Shown here in pieces: positions 24,820 through 34,176 of a stretch of DNA of 41,294 nucleotides. Under the pieces are notes generated by a model that was given only the letters and a program-made list of their open reading frames with translations, was not told where the DNA came from and did no database searches. This stretch comes from an uncultured Candidatus Saccharibacteria bacterium (GTDB taxonomy: Bacteria > Patescibacteriota > Minisyncoccia > Portnoybacterales > UBA2143): assembly GCA_964407595.1 (NCBI GenBank), contig CAYOWE010000001.1, forward strand, positions 16,643 through 57,936, in the 5' to 3' direction. The translations under genes and the position numbers were made by a program. Within the stretch, counting starts at the first letter, position 1; each line of letters starts with the position of its first letter.

Positions 24820-26115
24820 TCAAAACAAACTGGCTTGTTTGGAAAAATTACCTCGTTCTTCGTCTTTAAAAATTTTAATCCGGCCATATTCACCATCATA
24901 ACCCGGTTCAATGCTGACTTTGCCCCGGCGAACCCGATTGACTCCTTCGGCAATTTCAGCGGAACTGGCCCGCTCTATTTGTTCTGGACTTATTTCTAAA
25001 AGTATTTTGAATTCTGAACCAAGGCGCTTAATCAAATTTTTATATTCCTCCCTAACCGCTTTACTAGCCACCCCCATTCCTTTGGCTTCAGCAATAATTT
25101 CTTCTAAAGGAATTGTCTTTCTAAAAGGAATAACTTGGACTGGGTTCTCTCCTTCTTTTCTATCAGCCAAATCATTAACCCTATGAAGCACGCCGATAGT
25201 CAAAGGCCGCTGGCATTGAGGACAGATATTCTTTATTTTTTTTGACTCTTGAGGAGTGAGACAAACCTGGCAATTACGATGTCCGTCATAATGATACCTA
25301 CCCTCTTCAGGAAAGAATTCAATTGTTTCTAAAAACTTTTGAGGGTCTCTATTTTTAATTGCCTCGACAACCCCAGCGTAACTCAAATCAGTATCAAAGA
25401 CATTAGCTTCCCGGCCGATTTTGCTGGGACTGTGGGCATCGGAATTGCTGACTAAAGTAATTTTGTCTAAAGATGAATTTAGCCAGCTCATCGGAGGATC
25501 GCTGGAAAGTCCTGTTTCTCCGGCATGAATATATTTTGAATATTCTTCAAAACATTCTTCCAAAGAGTCAAATCCTGAATTAGCTCCGAATAAACTAAAC
25601 CAAGGAGTATAGATATGAGCCGGAATAATAAAACAATCTTGAGAAGTATTTAAAACAATTTTAGCCAGTTCTTTGGCATCAAGGCCTAAAATAGGCCGAC
25701 CGTCAGATTTAAGATTGCCAATCCAGCCCAAACGGGTATTAATTTTCTCTACCGTTGAAAAGTCAGGCGCTAAAACAACAATGTGGATTTTCCGCGTCCG
25801 GTTGTTTTTTGAATAAATACAACTGATTTCGCTGCTTAATAAAAAACGTCCTCCTTCGTCTTGATGATTATTGGGCAACCAATCATTATTAACTAAAGAA
25901 GCGCGACTTTTCTTTTTTATCTTAAAAAGTCCTGGTTCAGCTGGCTCAAGCTTTTGTTTAAGTTCTTTTATCCAAAGCGGATGAGTAAAATCACCAGTTC
26001 CTAAAACTTTAATTCCCTTGATTTTAGCCCATTTATTTAAATTTTCCACATCCATATCCCGCGAGGTCGCCCGGGAATATTTGGAATGGATATGCAGATC
26101 AGCAATAAATCTCAT
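24820..26115 (-). CDS. PHP-domain protein with zinc finger, endonuclease Q-like
   Basis: The probable start is MRFIADLHIHSKYSRATS (ATG at 26113-26115). It has PHP His/Asp motifs and CPQCQRPL. The family assignment comes from my memory of EndoQ/TIGR00375-type sequences. Confidence 0.6.
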   Translation of the reverse strand: MRFIADLHIHSKYSRATSRDMDVENLNKWAKIKGIKVLGTGDFTHPLWIKELKQKLEPAEPGLFKIKKKSRASLVNNDWLPNNHQDEGGRFLLSSEISCIYSKNNRTRKIHIVVLAPDFSTVEKINTRLGWIGNLKSDGRPILGLDAKELAKIVLNTSQDCFIIPAHIYTPWFSLFGANSGFDSLEECFEEYSKYIHAGETGLSSDPPMSWLNSSLDKITLVSNSDAHSPSKIGREANVFDTDLSYAGVVEAIKNRDPQKFLETIEFFPEEGRYHYDGHRNCQVCLTPQESKKIKNICPQCQRPLTIGVLHRVNDLADRKEGENPVQVIPFRKTIPLEEIIAEAKGMGVASKAVREEYKNLIKRLGSEFKILLEISPEQIERASSAEIAEGVNRVRRGKVSIEPGYDGEYGRIKIFKDEERGNFSKQASLF

Positions 26116-26156
26116 AATTAACAGTGCCCCCAGAAGGAGCCGCCCCGTCATCCGAT

Positions 26157-26186
26157 GGTTCGCCCGGTCGAATGACCGGGCGAACC
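26157..26186. repeat. GC-rich perfect hairpin between tRNA-Arg(CCG) and the EndoQ-like gene
   Basis: The sequence reads ggttcgcccggtc gaat gaccgggcgaacc. Confidence 0.8.
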
Positions 26187-26205
26187 CTCCGTAATTTATT
26201 CAATA

Positions 26206-26277
26206 AACACCCCCCCTGATTCGAACAGGGATCTCATCCTCCGGAGGGATACGCTTTATCCATTAAGCTATAGGGAC
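26206..26277 (-). tRNA. tRNA-Arg (CCG)-like; acceptor stem does not close canonically
   Basis: The D-arm (gctt/aagc), anticodon arm (loop ctCCGga) and T-arm (ccctg ttcgaat caggg) are all good. However, the 5' strand gtcccta faces ggggtgt. Confidence 0.55.
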
Positions 26278-26321
26278 AATTGTTTTTATTTGCGCAACGA
26301 GCAAGTAAATATATCCTTTAT

Positions 26322-26349
26322 ATTATACTCTCTTAAAAACAAGGGTCAA
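26322..26349 (-). promoter_or_regulatory. Promoter upstream of tRNA-Arg(CCG)
   Basis: The minus strand reads TTGACC (26344-26349), 16 nt, then TATAAT (26322-26327). Confidence 0.6.
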
Positions 26350-27674
26350 ACAATGGATAAATTTCTATAACTTGCCGTAATCCCCAAGACCAACCAAAAC
26401 ATTATCTGTCCCTGCTGTAAGGTCCAAAAAAAATGGTCAAAGAGAGCAATAAACAAAAAAGAAAAAATAACAAATACTAAACAGTAATTAAACATAGGCC
26501 TTCGACTCGGGCTCTGCCCTCGTTCAGGCCATAACGCTTTAAGAATAAAAATTAAAAAGAAAACCAATCCGATTAGACCTGTTTCGCTGGCAATAAGCAG
26601 ATAAATATTATGAACTGGCTGATGAAGCCAAGCAGATAAAAGGTGAAGTATCTCTCTAATTTCCCAGACAAAATTACCCAAACCTATGCCCAGCCAAGGA
26701 TGTTCCTTGATTATAGAAAAAGCTGTTTGATTGTAGAAAGTGCGCAAACTGACTGATTGCTCAGTCAAAGAAATTGACCAGCGAGAAGAAATTTCCGGCC
26801 AGGCTAGAACAGTGAACAGACAACAGAAAACAATGAACAATAAAAAAACTGATACAATTCTTTTGAATAATTCTTTATCCGGCATCTGGATAACCCGCCA
26901 AAAAAGAAAAATAAAATAAATCAAACTAGCCAATAGAAAAGTAAAAATAATCAGGCGGGAAAAAGTCAGCCCGAGAGCAAACAACAATAAACAAAAAACA
27001 GTCAACAAAAAACAGTTTTTAATAAAGGAATGTTTTTTATTCAGCCAAAGAAAATAAAAACAAAAAATACTTAAGATAAAAAAAGCCGCTAAAAGATTAG
27101 GATGAGGCAAGCTGCCGTAAGGCCGAATCATCTTTATCCCTTCAATAACAATTTTAGCCACGCCGGCTGTTTCTGGACTTAAGGGACTCTCAAGTAAATA
27201 TCTTAAACCCAGGCTTTTTTGACTGGTATATTGACCAAAAGCGATAAAAGATTGAACCAAACCACTGGCCATTAAAATTTGGGCTACTCGCTCAAAATTG
27301 AATAATTGCCTGAAATTATATTTTAAATAAAAAAATAAACCGGCTAATTCCAGTAGTTTAAACCAATGATAAAAACCAAGCTGAATATTCTTAGCTTGGA
27401 CTAATGAAATTAAACTGATAATTAAAAAAATGACCAGCCAAAAATTGGGGCTTTTCATTATCTCTTGAAATCTTCCAATGGCTAATCCTTTTTTAAAAAA
27501 TCTATCTTTTCTTTTTCGCCAAAACCAAAACAGAAAAATCGATAAAATCAACAAGTCAGTCAAATAAAGATAAACACTGGACCATTCACTAAAATCACCT
27601 CCCCATTGATAAAGTATTTTCCGGGTCTGAAAAGGCAAGCAAAAAATCAACAGATAAAAGAAAAGTTTTTCCAT
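26346..27674 (-). CDS. O-antigen ligase/polymerase-like polytopic membrane protein
   Basis: The ORF is hydrophobic and contains HNIYLLIASETGLIGL. I chose the start at MEKLFFYLL (27672-27674) to avoid overlapping the Mur ligase gene. Confidence 0.65.
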   Translation of the reverse strand: MEKLFFYLLIFCLPFQTRKILYQWGGDFSEWSSVYLYLTDLLILSIFLFWFWRKRKDRFFKKGLAIGRFQEIMKSPNFWLVIFLIISLISLVQAKNIQLGFYHWFKLLELAGLFFYLKYNFRQLFNFERVAQILMASGLVQSFIAFGQYTSQKSLGLRYLLESPLSPETAGVAKIVIEGIKMIRPYGSLPHPNLLAAFFILSIFCFYFLWLNKKHSFIKNCFLLTVFCLLLFALGLTFSRLIIFTFLLASLIYFIFLFWRVIQMPDKELFKRIVSVFLLFIVFCCLFTVLAWPEISSRWSISLTEQSVSLRTFYNQTAFSIIKEHPWLGIGLGNFVWEIREILHLLSAWLHQPVHNIYLLIASETGLIGLVFFLIFILKALWPERGQSPSRRPMFNYCLVFVIFSFLFIALFDHFFWTLQQGQIMFWLVLGITASYRNLSIV

Positions 27675-27678
27675 AGCT

Positions 27679-28953
27679 TTAAAGATTAATGGACAGTCCC
27701 TTATAAGCTTCTCTAACCACTTGTCGGTCATCCCAAGGTATTTTCTTACCTCTAGTCACACACATCCAAGGTTCGCAACCCTTGCCCGTAATAATAACAA
27801 CATCGCTTTTTTGAGCTAATTTTAAAGCCCCTTGAATAGCTTGGCGCCGGTCAAGAATTCTCTCTGGCTGTTTTTGCTTTAAGCCAGCTGCCACCTCATC
27901 AATAATTGTCTGGGGATTTTCATCATAGGGATCTTCATTGGTAATAATAATCTTATCAAGATATTGTTCGGCGATTTTACCCAAGGCCGGCCGCTTCCAT
28001 CTGTCCCGGCCACCGCCAGTTGCTCCCAAGACGCCAATCAGCCGACCCTTAAAAACTTCTCTGATGGTTTGATAAACTTTTTCTAAAGCATCCGGCGTAT
28101 GAGCATAATCAACTATAACAGTAAATGGCTCCTTAATAACTATTTCCAACCGACCAGCCAGGCCCCTTACTTGTTCCAGGGCCAATTTGATTTTATTTAA
28201 AGAGATCTTTTCGGCTAAACCAACCGCGATAGCCGCTAAGGCATTAGAGATATTAAATCTGCCTAAAAGATTTAAATTAAAATTAGTCCCTTCAACTATA
28301 AAACTGATTCCATTTTGGCTAAACTGATAATTTTTGCCCTGGATTGATTGTTGAACCCTATCTAATGGTTGGTCAACTAGACTGTATCCCCATTTTTCTG
28401 CGGCGGGAAATTGTAAAAAATAATCACTATAGGGGTCATCTAAATTAATAATCATCTGGCCATTGGACCTAAGGGACTGGAAAAGCTTAGCCTTGGCTTT
28501 TTGGTAATTAGCAAATCCCCCATGGCTTTCCAAGTGTTCAGGGGTTAAATTAGTTAAAACCGCTGAATCAAAGCTAATAAACTTATGACGATATTGTTTA
28601 ATTCCTTCAGAAGTTACTTCTAAAACCGCATATTGACAGCCAGCTTGCACGGATTGTCGCAGAAATTTCTGCAATTTTAAACGACCGGGCATGGTCATTT
28701 TCAAATTATTCGGCCAAACTTGAGCTTTGATTTTAAATTGAATGGAAGAAAGAGCCGCTACCGAATAACCGGCCTCTTCCAAAATCCGGCTAATTAAAAA
28801 AACTACCGTGGATTTGCCATTAGTCCCGGTAACGCCAATCACTTTCAGTTTTTGTGCAGGAAAGCGATAAATAATTGCCCCTAAAAACCCCCAGCCAAAG
28901 TGATACCAACTAAAGATAAATTTAGGGATTATCTTTTTTAACAGATTTTTCAT
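27679..28953 (-). CDS. Mur ligase family protein (MurE-like)
   Basis: The 424-aa ORF contains GVTGTNGKST and DYAHTPDAL. Confidence 0.8.
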   Translation of the reverse strand: MKNLLKKIIPKFIFSWYHFGWGFLGAIIYRFPAQKLKVIGVTGTNGKSTVVFLISRILEEAGYSVAALSSIQFKIKAQVWPNNLKMTMPGRLKLQKFLRQSVQAGCQYAVLEVTSEGIKQYRHKFISFDSAVLTNLTPEHLESHGGFANYQKAKAKLFQSLRSNGQMIINLDDPYSDYFLQFPAAEKWGYSLVDQPLDRVQQSIQGKNYQFSQNGISFIVEGTNFNLNLLGRFNISNALAAIAVGLAEKISLNKIKLALEQVRGLAGRLEIVIKEPFTVIVDYAHTPDALEKVYQTIREVFKGRLIGVLGATGGGRDRWKRPALGKIAEQYLDKIIITNEDPYDENPQTIIDEVAAGLKQKQPERILDRRQAIQGALKLAQKSDVVIITGKGCEPWMCVTRGKKIPWDDRQVVREAYKGLSINL

Positions 28954-28980
28954 TACTTTAAAAATACCAGTTTAAGAAGA

Positions 28981-29020
28981 AAATTAAAAGAGCCGGTAAT
29001 CTTGATAATTTTTACCGGCT
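28981..29020 (-). terminator. Rho-independent terminator
   Basis: The stem pairs agccggtaa with ttaccggct (28991-28999 / 29012-29020). T-runs lie on both sides. Confidence 0.55.
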
Positions 29021-29036
29021 TCTTTTTTTATAACAT

Positions 29037-29306
29037 TTATAACAGTAATTCTTGAGGCATCACCTTTTTAATTATTACCATTCTGGCAACAGCTAAATCC
29101 CAGTTTTCCTTATTTGGAATGATGCCTTCTGCAAACTGAGTTACGATTTTAAATTTTCCGTCTATTAGCTCCATAATGGTAATCAGTTCGCCTTCTTCCC
29201 CAATTTTAATATCCCCTTTTTTATCTAATACCACCGACGAACCCAGCTTGGCTTTCCGAAATTTCTTGATTAATTTCTCAATTAACTTATCGACCTTGTT
29301 TTTCAT
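29037..29306 (-). CDS. Hypothetical protein
   Basis: 89-aa ORF with no motif I recognise. Confidence 0.45.
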   Translation of the reverse strand: MKNKVDKLIEKLIKKFRKAKLGSSVVLDKKGDIKIGEEGELITIMELIDGKFKIVTQFAEGIIPNKENWDLAVARMVIIKKVMPQELLL

Positions 29307-29395
29307 AATTCCCTCTGTTTAATGATTGTTAAGGAGCCTTTCTATCTCTGAAATTAATTCATAGAACTAATGATTCTTTGTCAATAATTGACTTG

Positions 29396-30385
29396 TCAGA
29401 CAATTTTTCTGGCTAAAAGATAAATCTGATACCAGAACGGCTGAAAAATTAAATCAAAGGCGCCTGGATAAGTGATTTCTTGACCATTAAATCCTTTTTT
29501 AAAACGGGTTACCCCGGGCCATTTTTTTTCGTCAATACCCCAAAAATCATAATATTTCAAGCCCTGACTTTTGGCTTGGCCAATGGCTCGCCACTGCAAA
29601 AAATGAGGAGCCATCAGCTGACGGAAGTTATAATCAGAAGCGCCGTGTAAATAAGTGGCTGTTTGACCAAAAAAACAAACCAGATTAGCCGCCACAATCT
29701 GGTTTTGATATTTAGCCAAAAATAGTTTAATCATCCCTTCTTGACCTAAAACCTCCAACATTTTTTGATAATATTCCTTAGGGTGAAGATAAAATTTATC
29801 CCGTTTAGCTGTTTGTTCTAATAAATCTAAAAAGGTATCTGCGGCTCCATTATCATTCGCTGGCTCAATTATTACTCCTTTGTGTTGAGCCAATCTAATG
29901 TTATATCTGGTTTTTTGATGCAGCTGGCTTAACAATTCTTTCTCTGATTTAGTGATATCTAAAATTAATGTCTTGGCTGGTTGGATTTGTTTGCTTGACC
30001 GAAACGAGGACAATCCTTCAGAGACAGTCCTTGGGACAAGGACTGTCTCTGAAGGACCCTCCCTGTCGTCCTTGCTATCTGGCTCAATTTTGAAAAAAAT
30101 ACTCTTCTCTTTTTTAGCTATTTTTTTTACTTCAGCTAAAAAATTTTGGAATCCGTCAGCCGAGATTTGACCAACTGGCCCGCGCGGACAATACAAATAA
30201 TTTTTTCCCAAGGGTAAATTATGTTTTATGACCAAAGCTTTTAATCCAGACATTTCCAGCCGCCAGATTCTTCGGCCTAATGACTCTTGGAATTCTCCCC
30301 ATGACCAAGATTGTAAAAAAGAACCATTGTTGGCAATAACAAATTGGTCCCATTCTTCCTTTTGATTAGCTGAAACTGTGCTCAT
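29396..30385 (-). CDS. FemAB-family peptidoglycan branch aminoacyltransferase
   Basis: The 329-aa ORF contains FLQSWSWGEF, HQKTRYNIR and ATYLHGAS. It lies next to the Mur ligase gene. Confidence 0.75.
   Translation of the reverse strand: MSTVSANQKEEWDQFVIANNGSFLQSWSWGEFQESLGRRIWRLEMSGLKALVIKHNLPLGKNYLYCPRGPVGQISADGFQNFLAEVKKIAKKEKSIFFKIEPDSKDDREGPSETVLVPRTVSEGLSSFRSSKQIQPAKTLILDITKSEKELLSQLHQKTRYNIRLAQHKGVIIEPANDNGAADTFLDLLEQTAKRDKFYLHPKEYYQKMLEVLGQEGMIKLFLAKYQNQIVAANLVCFFGQTATYLHGASDYNFRQLMAPHFLQWRAIGQAKSQGLKYYDFWGIDEKKWPGVTRFKKGFNGQEITYPGAFDLIFQPFWYQIYLLARKIV
30014..30056. repeat. Perfect 43-nt palindrome inside the FemAB-family CDS
   Basis: The 20-bp arms are tccttcagagacagtccttg / caaggactgtctctgaagga around the loop gga. 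Confidence 0.9.
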
Positions 30386-30954
30386 GTTTTCCCTAAAATC
30401 TTCAAGGCCTCTTTAATTCTATCAGTTGACCCCTTTATTTTCCCGGAAACCTGCTTAAGAGCTTCTCTGGCTTGACGATTGGTATAACCCAAACTGACCA
30501 AGGCGTCAATTACTTCATCATCGGCCATTAACTTATTCACTTCAGCTCCGGGCACCAAGATTTTACTGCCTAATTCTAAAATAACTCTTTCGGCTGTTTT
30601 CTTGCCAATCCCGGAAACCTTGGTTAACAAACTAACCTGGCCACTAGCAATAGAGGTCTTTAAATCCTTAAGTGAAGCAATTGATAAAACAGCCAAACCA
30701 GCTTTGGGACCAATACCACTGATGGAAATAAGCATTTCAAAAAATTCTAATTCTTCAAAGGATAAAAAGCCGTATAAATCTAAAATATTTTCTCGAGAAT
30801 AAAGATGGATAAACAATTTTGCCTCTTCTCCTTTATCAGCTATACTTTTCAGGGTAGCTGCTGAACAAAAAACCTTATAACCAACTCCCTCAATATTCAA
30901 GATAACAAACTTATCTGTCTTTAATTCAATTTTACCTTGAAGTAAAGCGATCAT
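30382..30954 (-). CDS. ruvA: Holliday junction DNA helicase RuvA
   Basis: The 190-aa ORF begins MIALLQGKI and has GYKVF and two HhH motifs (ISGIGPK, VSGIGKKTAERV). Confidence 0.9.
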   Translation of the reverse strand: MIALLQGKIELKTDKFVILNIEGVGYKVFCSAATLKSIADKGEEAKLFIHLYSRENILDLYGFLSFEELEFFEMLISISGIGPKAGLAVLSIASLKDLKTSIASGQVSLLTKVSGIGKKTAERVILELGSKILVPGAEVNKLMADDEVIDALVSLGYTNRQAREALKQVSGKIKGSTDRIKEALKILGKT

Positions 30955-31013
30955 ATTAAAAATCCTATCATAAACTTGCCTAAATTGAAAGAATAAGATA
31001 AACTCTATTTATT

Positions 31014-31277
31014 ATGCCTATAACTAAATCAGCTGAAAAAGCTCTACGCCAAAGCCGCCGAAAACGGCTCTTTAATCTTCGCCGGATTAAAAAGATGAGA
31101 TCTCTGGTTAAACAGGTCAATGATCTACTTAAGGAGAAAAAAAGAGAAGAAGCTCTTAAAATTTTACCTCAAGTTTATAAGGCCATTGACAAAGCGGCTA
31201 AACGAGGAGTGATAAAAAAAAATACGGCCAGCCGAAAGAAATCACGCCTGACTAAAGCTATTGAAAAAAATAAATAG
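31014..31277 (+). CDS. rpsT: 30S ribosomal protein S20
   Basis: The 87-aa ORF begins MPITKSAEKALRQSRRKR. Confidence 0.9.
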   Translation: MPITKSAEKALRQSRRKRLFNLRRIKKMRSLVKQVNDLLKEKKREEALKILPQVYKAIDKAAKRGVIKKNTASRKKSRLTKAIEKNK

Positions 31278-31374
31278 CTTAGGAAATATTTCTGAGAATG
31301 ACACTCCTAAATTACTCCTGAATTTATAATGTGGATAATTTCCGCTTGACAGCGAAGGGCAACTTTGATAGCCT

Positions 31375-32499
31375 ATGATTGTGCCTATGGGTACAATTGA
31401 ACAATATTTTAAGGCAGGCCTTAAGCGCCTTAAAACCAAGATAGAACAAAGTAATAGAAAACTGCTCTTAGCGGCAGTTATTTTATTTGGTTTAATTTTC
31501 TCTTTAGTTAACCCGGTTAAAGGAATGGAGCAATTTCTTTTTTTCCGCTTCAACCAAGACAAATCATCTCTTGTTGAAGAAATCAAACAAGAAGCAAATT
31601 TTACTCAAGAAAGTTTTTCAGTTGACCGAACTTATCTGACGGCTAACTCTTTAGCCAGTTTAGTCAGCCAACCAGACTCTCCGGCCACATCTGAAGAAAA
31701 TTCATCTGACCAAGAAATTTCTTTAATTCTTCTTCAAGCCAACGCTCTCTTAGCTCAAAACTCTCCGACTACCTTTATCAGTCAGGACCCGCGCAGCGGT
31801 CTGATTACATATATTGTCCAGGAAGGTGATACTCCTTCCAGTATTGCCGCTTCCTTTGGCGTTACCACCTATACTCTGCTCTGGGCCAATGACCTTAAAG
31901 AAACTAGCATTATCCGACCAGGTGATGAATTAACTGTTTTACCAGTCACTGGCGTTCTCCATCGAGTTAAAAGCGGCGAGACAATTGGCGGCATTGCTAA
32001 ATATTACCAAGCTGATGAAGAAGAGATTATAGTTTTCAATGCCTTGTTGGCTGACGGAACAATACAAATTGGTCAAAAATTAGTCATTCCCGACGGCCAG
32101 ATGCCGGCTCCTAAACCAAGCTACAGTTATGTCGCCCAACCAAGTTATAACGGAGCGGGTACCGGTCAGAGTCGCTCTTTTCCTTATGGCCAATGTACTT
32201 GGTATGTAGCCCAAAAGAGAATTGTTACCTGGAGCGGCCATGCTAAATATTGGTTAGCTAATGCCAAAGCGGCCGGCTATGCCACTTGCCAAGGATCTAA
32301 TTGTCAGCCCCAAGTAGGCGCCATTGTCAGTTTAAAAGACGGCGGATGGCTGGCTATAACATATGGTCATGTTGCTTACGTGATTAAAGTAGAAAAGAAC
32401 CGCTTCCTTATTTCGGAAATGAACCGCATTGGCTGGGGAGTGGAAAGCGTCCGCTGGATCCCTTTGGGCAGTTCTTTAATTAAGGGATTTATTTATTAA
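31375..32499 (+). CDS. Secreted or membrane-anchored peptidoglycan hydrolase with two LysM repeats and a C-terminal CHAP domain
   Basis: The 374-aa ORF has LysM-like YIVQEGDTPSSIA and HRVKSGETIGGIA. The CHAP domain is marked by GQCTWYV...GHVAYV. Confidence 0.75.
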   Translation: MIVPMGTIEQYFKAGLKRLKTKIEQSNRKLLLAAVILFGLIFSLVNPVKGMEQFLFFRFNQDKSSLVEEIKQEANFTQESFSVDRTYLTANSLASLVSQPDSPATSEENSSDQEISLILLQANALLAQNSPTTFISQDPRSGLITYIVQEGDTPSSIAASFGVTTYTLLWANDLKETSIIRPGDELTVLPVTGVLHRVKSGETIGGIAKYYQADEEEIIVFNALLADGTIQIGQKLVIPDGQMPAPKPSYSYVAQPSYNGAGTGQSRSFPYGQCTWYVAQKRIVTWSGHAKYWLANAKAAGYATCQGSNCQPQVGAIVSLKDGGWLAITYGHVAYVIKVEKNRFLISEMNRIGWGVESVRWIPLGSSLIKGFIY

Positions 32500-32525
32500 A
32501 AAATAAAAAAATTGAAACTTGAAAT

Positions 32526-32556
32526 TAAAAATCACCACTTGAGCTGGTGATTTTTA
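32526..32556. terminator. Bidirectional terminator between convergent genes
   Basis: The stem pairs atcacca with tggtgat (32531-32537 / 32545-32551). An A-run precedes it and a T-run follows. Confidence 0.6.
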
Positions 32557-34092
32557 TATCTCTTCCTGCTTGGGCCGATATTGAATTGCTTCAGCCAAGT
32601 GGGCCGGCTGGATATGCTCAAGCCCGGCTAAATCAGCAATGGTCCGGGCTAATTTTAATAAGTGGAAATAGGAACGAGCCGATAAATGGAGCTGGCTCAT
32701 AGCGCTTCTTAATAAACTTTGGCTGGCCAAGTCAATCCGGCAGTATTTCTTGATTTGTTCCAAGGCCATTTCGCTATTAGTGAACATATCTTTTTCATTG
32801 AAAAATCTTTTCCTTTGGATTTGTCTGGCTTTTTGGATTCGTTTTTTAATTATTTTTGAAGATTCAGCTACTTTCTGACTGGCTAATTTTTCGTAAGTCA
32901 AACGGGGCACCTCAATATGTAGATCAATTCTATCCAAAAGCGGTCCGGAAATCTTTCTTTGGTATTTAGAAACTTGAGCAGGAAGACAAATACATTGCTG
33001 CTGGGGGTCGCCTAACTTACCGCAAGGACATGGATTCATGGCGCCAATTAAAATAAACTTAGCTGGAAAAGTTAAACTGCCGCTCGCCCGAGAAATCATA
33101 ACCAAACCATCTTCTAAGGGTTGACGCAAACTTTCCAGAACAGGCCGGCTGAATTCGGGAAATTCGTCTAAAAAAAGAACTCCCCGATGAGCCAAAGTAA
33201 TCTCACCGGGCCGCGGATAGGAGCCACCGCCGATTAAAGAAACAGCTGAAGCAGTGTGATGAGGCGACCGAAAGGGCCGTTCGGTCATGAGCGGCTGATT
33301 ATCGGGCAAATGGCCGGCTACACTGAAAATCATGGTTACCTCTAAGGCCTCTTCTATGGTTAAGGAAGGCAAAATAGAAGAAAAGCTACGCGCTAAAAGC
33401 GTTTTACCGGCGCCGGGCGGCCCATGCATGAGAAGATTATGCGCGCCGGCCGCGGCAATCTCCAAAGCGCGCTTAGCTTGTTCCTGCCCTTTAATATAGG
33501 CCATATCAGATAAAGATTCTCTTACTTGCTTAAATTGTTTAATTTTTAAATGAGGACACGAAGGAATTATCTCTTCTCCTTTTAAATGAACAACTAATTG
33601 AGATAAGGATTTAACGGGGATAATTTCTAATCCCTTAATTAAAGCCGCTTCTTGAGCATTTTCCTGAGGGACAAATAAGGTCTGAAATCTTTCTTCTTTA
33701 GCCATTAAAGCAACAGCCAAAAGACCATTGACGCGGCGGAGCTTGCCCTCTAAAGAAAGTTCGCCAAGAAAAAGTTTGTCTTCTAAATTTTCAGCATTTA
33801 TTTGATTAGAAGCCAAAAGAAAAGCCACAGCCATAGGTAAATCATAAGCTGGGCCTTGTTTTTTTAAATGAGCTGGCGCTAAATTAACAATCACTCGGCG
33901 CCGGCTATGCTCTGGCGGACTGGCTCCGCTGTTTTTAATAGCTGAAGAAACCCTCTCTTTTGATTCATTAACTGCCTGATCAGGCAAACCAACAATATGA
34001 AAAGAATGGAGTCCCGTCGATAAATCAACTTCCACTTCAATTGGTTGAGCTTTCAAGCCAACCAGAGCGGCTGAATAAACTTTAGCCAGCAT
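32554..34092 (-). CDS. comM: Mg-chelatase-like AAA+ protein ComM/YifB
   Basis: The 512-aa ORF has a Lon-like N-terminal domain, GPPGAGKT and the VLFLDEFPEF Walker B motif. Confidence 0.9.
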   Translation of the reverse strand: MLAKVYSAALVGLKAQPIEVEVDLSTGLHSFHIVGLPDQAVNESKERVSSAIKNSGASPPEHSRRRVIVNLAPAHLKKQGPAYDLPMAVAFLLASNQINAENLEDKLFLGELSLEGKLRRVNGLLAVALMAKEERFQTLFVPQENAQEAALIKGLEIIPVKSLSQLVVHLKGEEIIPSCPHLKIKQFKQVRESLSDMAYIKGQEQAKRALEIAAAGAHNLLMHGPPGAGKTLLARSFSSILPSLTIEEALEVTMIFSVAGHLPDNQPLMTERPFRSPHHTASAVSLIGGGSYPRPGEITLAHRGVLFLDEFPEFSRPVLESLRQPLEDGLVMISRASGSLTFPAKFILIGAMNPCPCGKLGDPQQQCICLPAQVSKYQRKISGPLLDRIDLHIEVPRLTYEKLASQKVAESSKIIKKRIQKARQIQRKRFFNEKDMFTNSEMALEQIKKYCRIDLASQSLLRSAMSQLHLSARSYFHLLKLARTIADLAGLEHIQPAHLAEAIQYRPKQEEI

Positions 34093-34105
34093 AAATCCCT
34101 CCTAA

Positions 34106-34137
34106 TTTAAAAACCTGCTTTATTCTAACAGGTTTTT
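34106..34137 (-). terminator. Rho-independent terminator after the dksA-like gene
   Basis: The stem pairs aaacctg with caggttt (34111-34117 / 34129-34135). A T-run follows on the minus strand. Confidence 0.5.
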
Positions 34138-34176
34138 GTCTCCCTAGAAAGCGCCGGGTCCCTATTAATTTATTAA

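Noticed and set aside
24776-24870. Short + strand ORF (MEINKIKSEEIIHFFQNKLACLEKLPRSSSL) after a weak gggg SD-like sequence.
   Set aside because: It is about 31 codons long and runs into the 3' end of the convergent EndoQ-like gene. It has no promoter and is most likely chance.
31242-31586. 114-aa minus-strand ORF between rpsT and the LysM/CHAP gene.
   Set aside because: It overlaps the 3' end of rpsT and the 5' end of the LysM/CHAP gene on the opposite strand. It shows no motif or expression signals.
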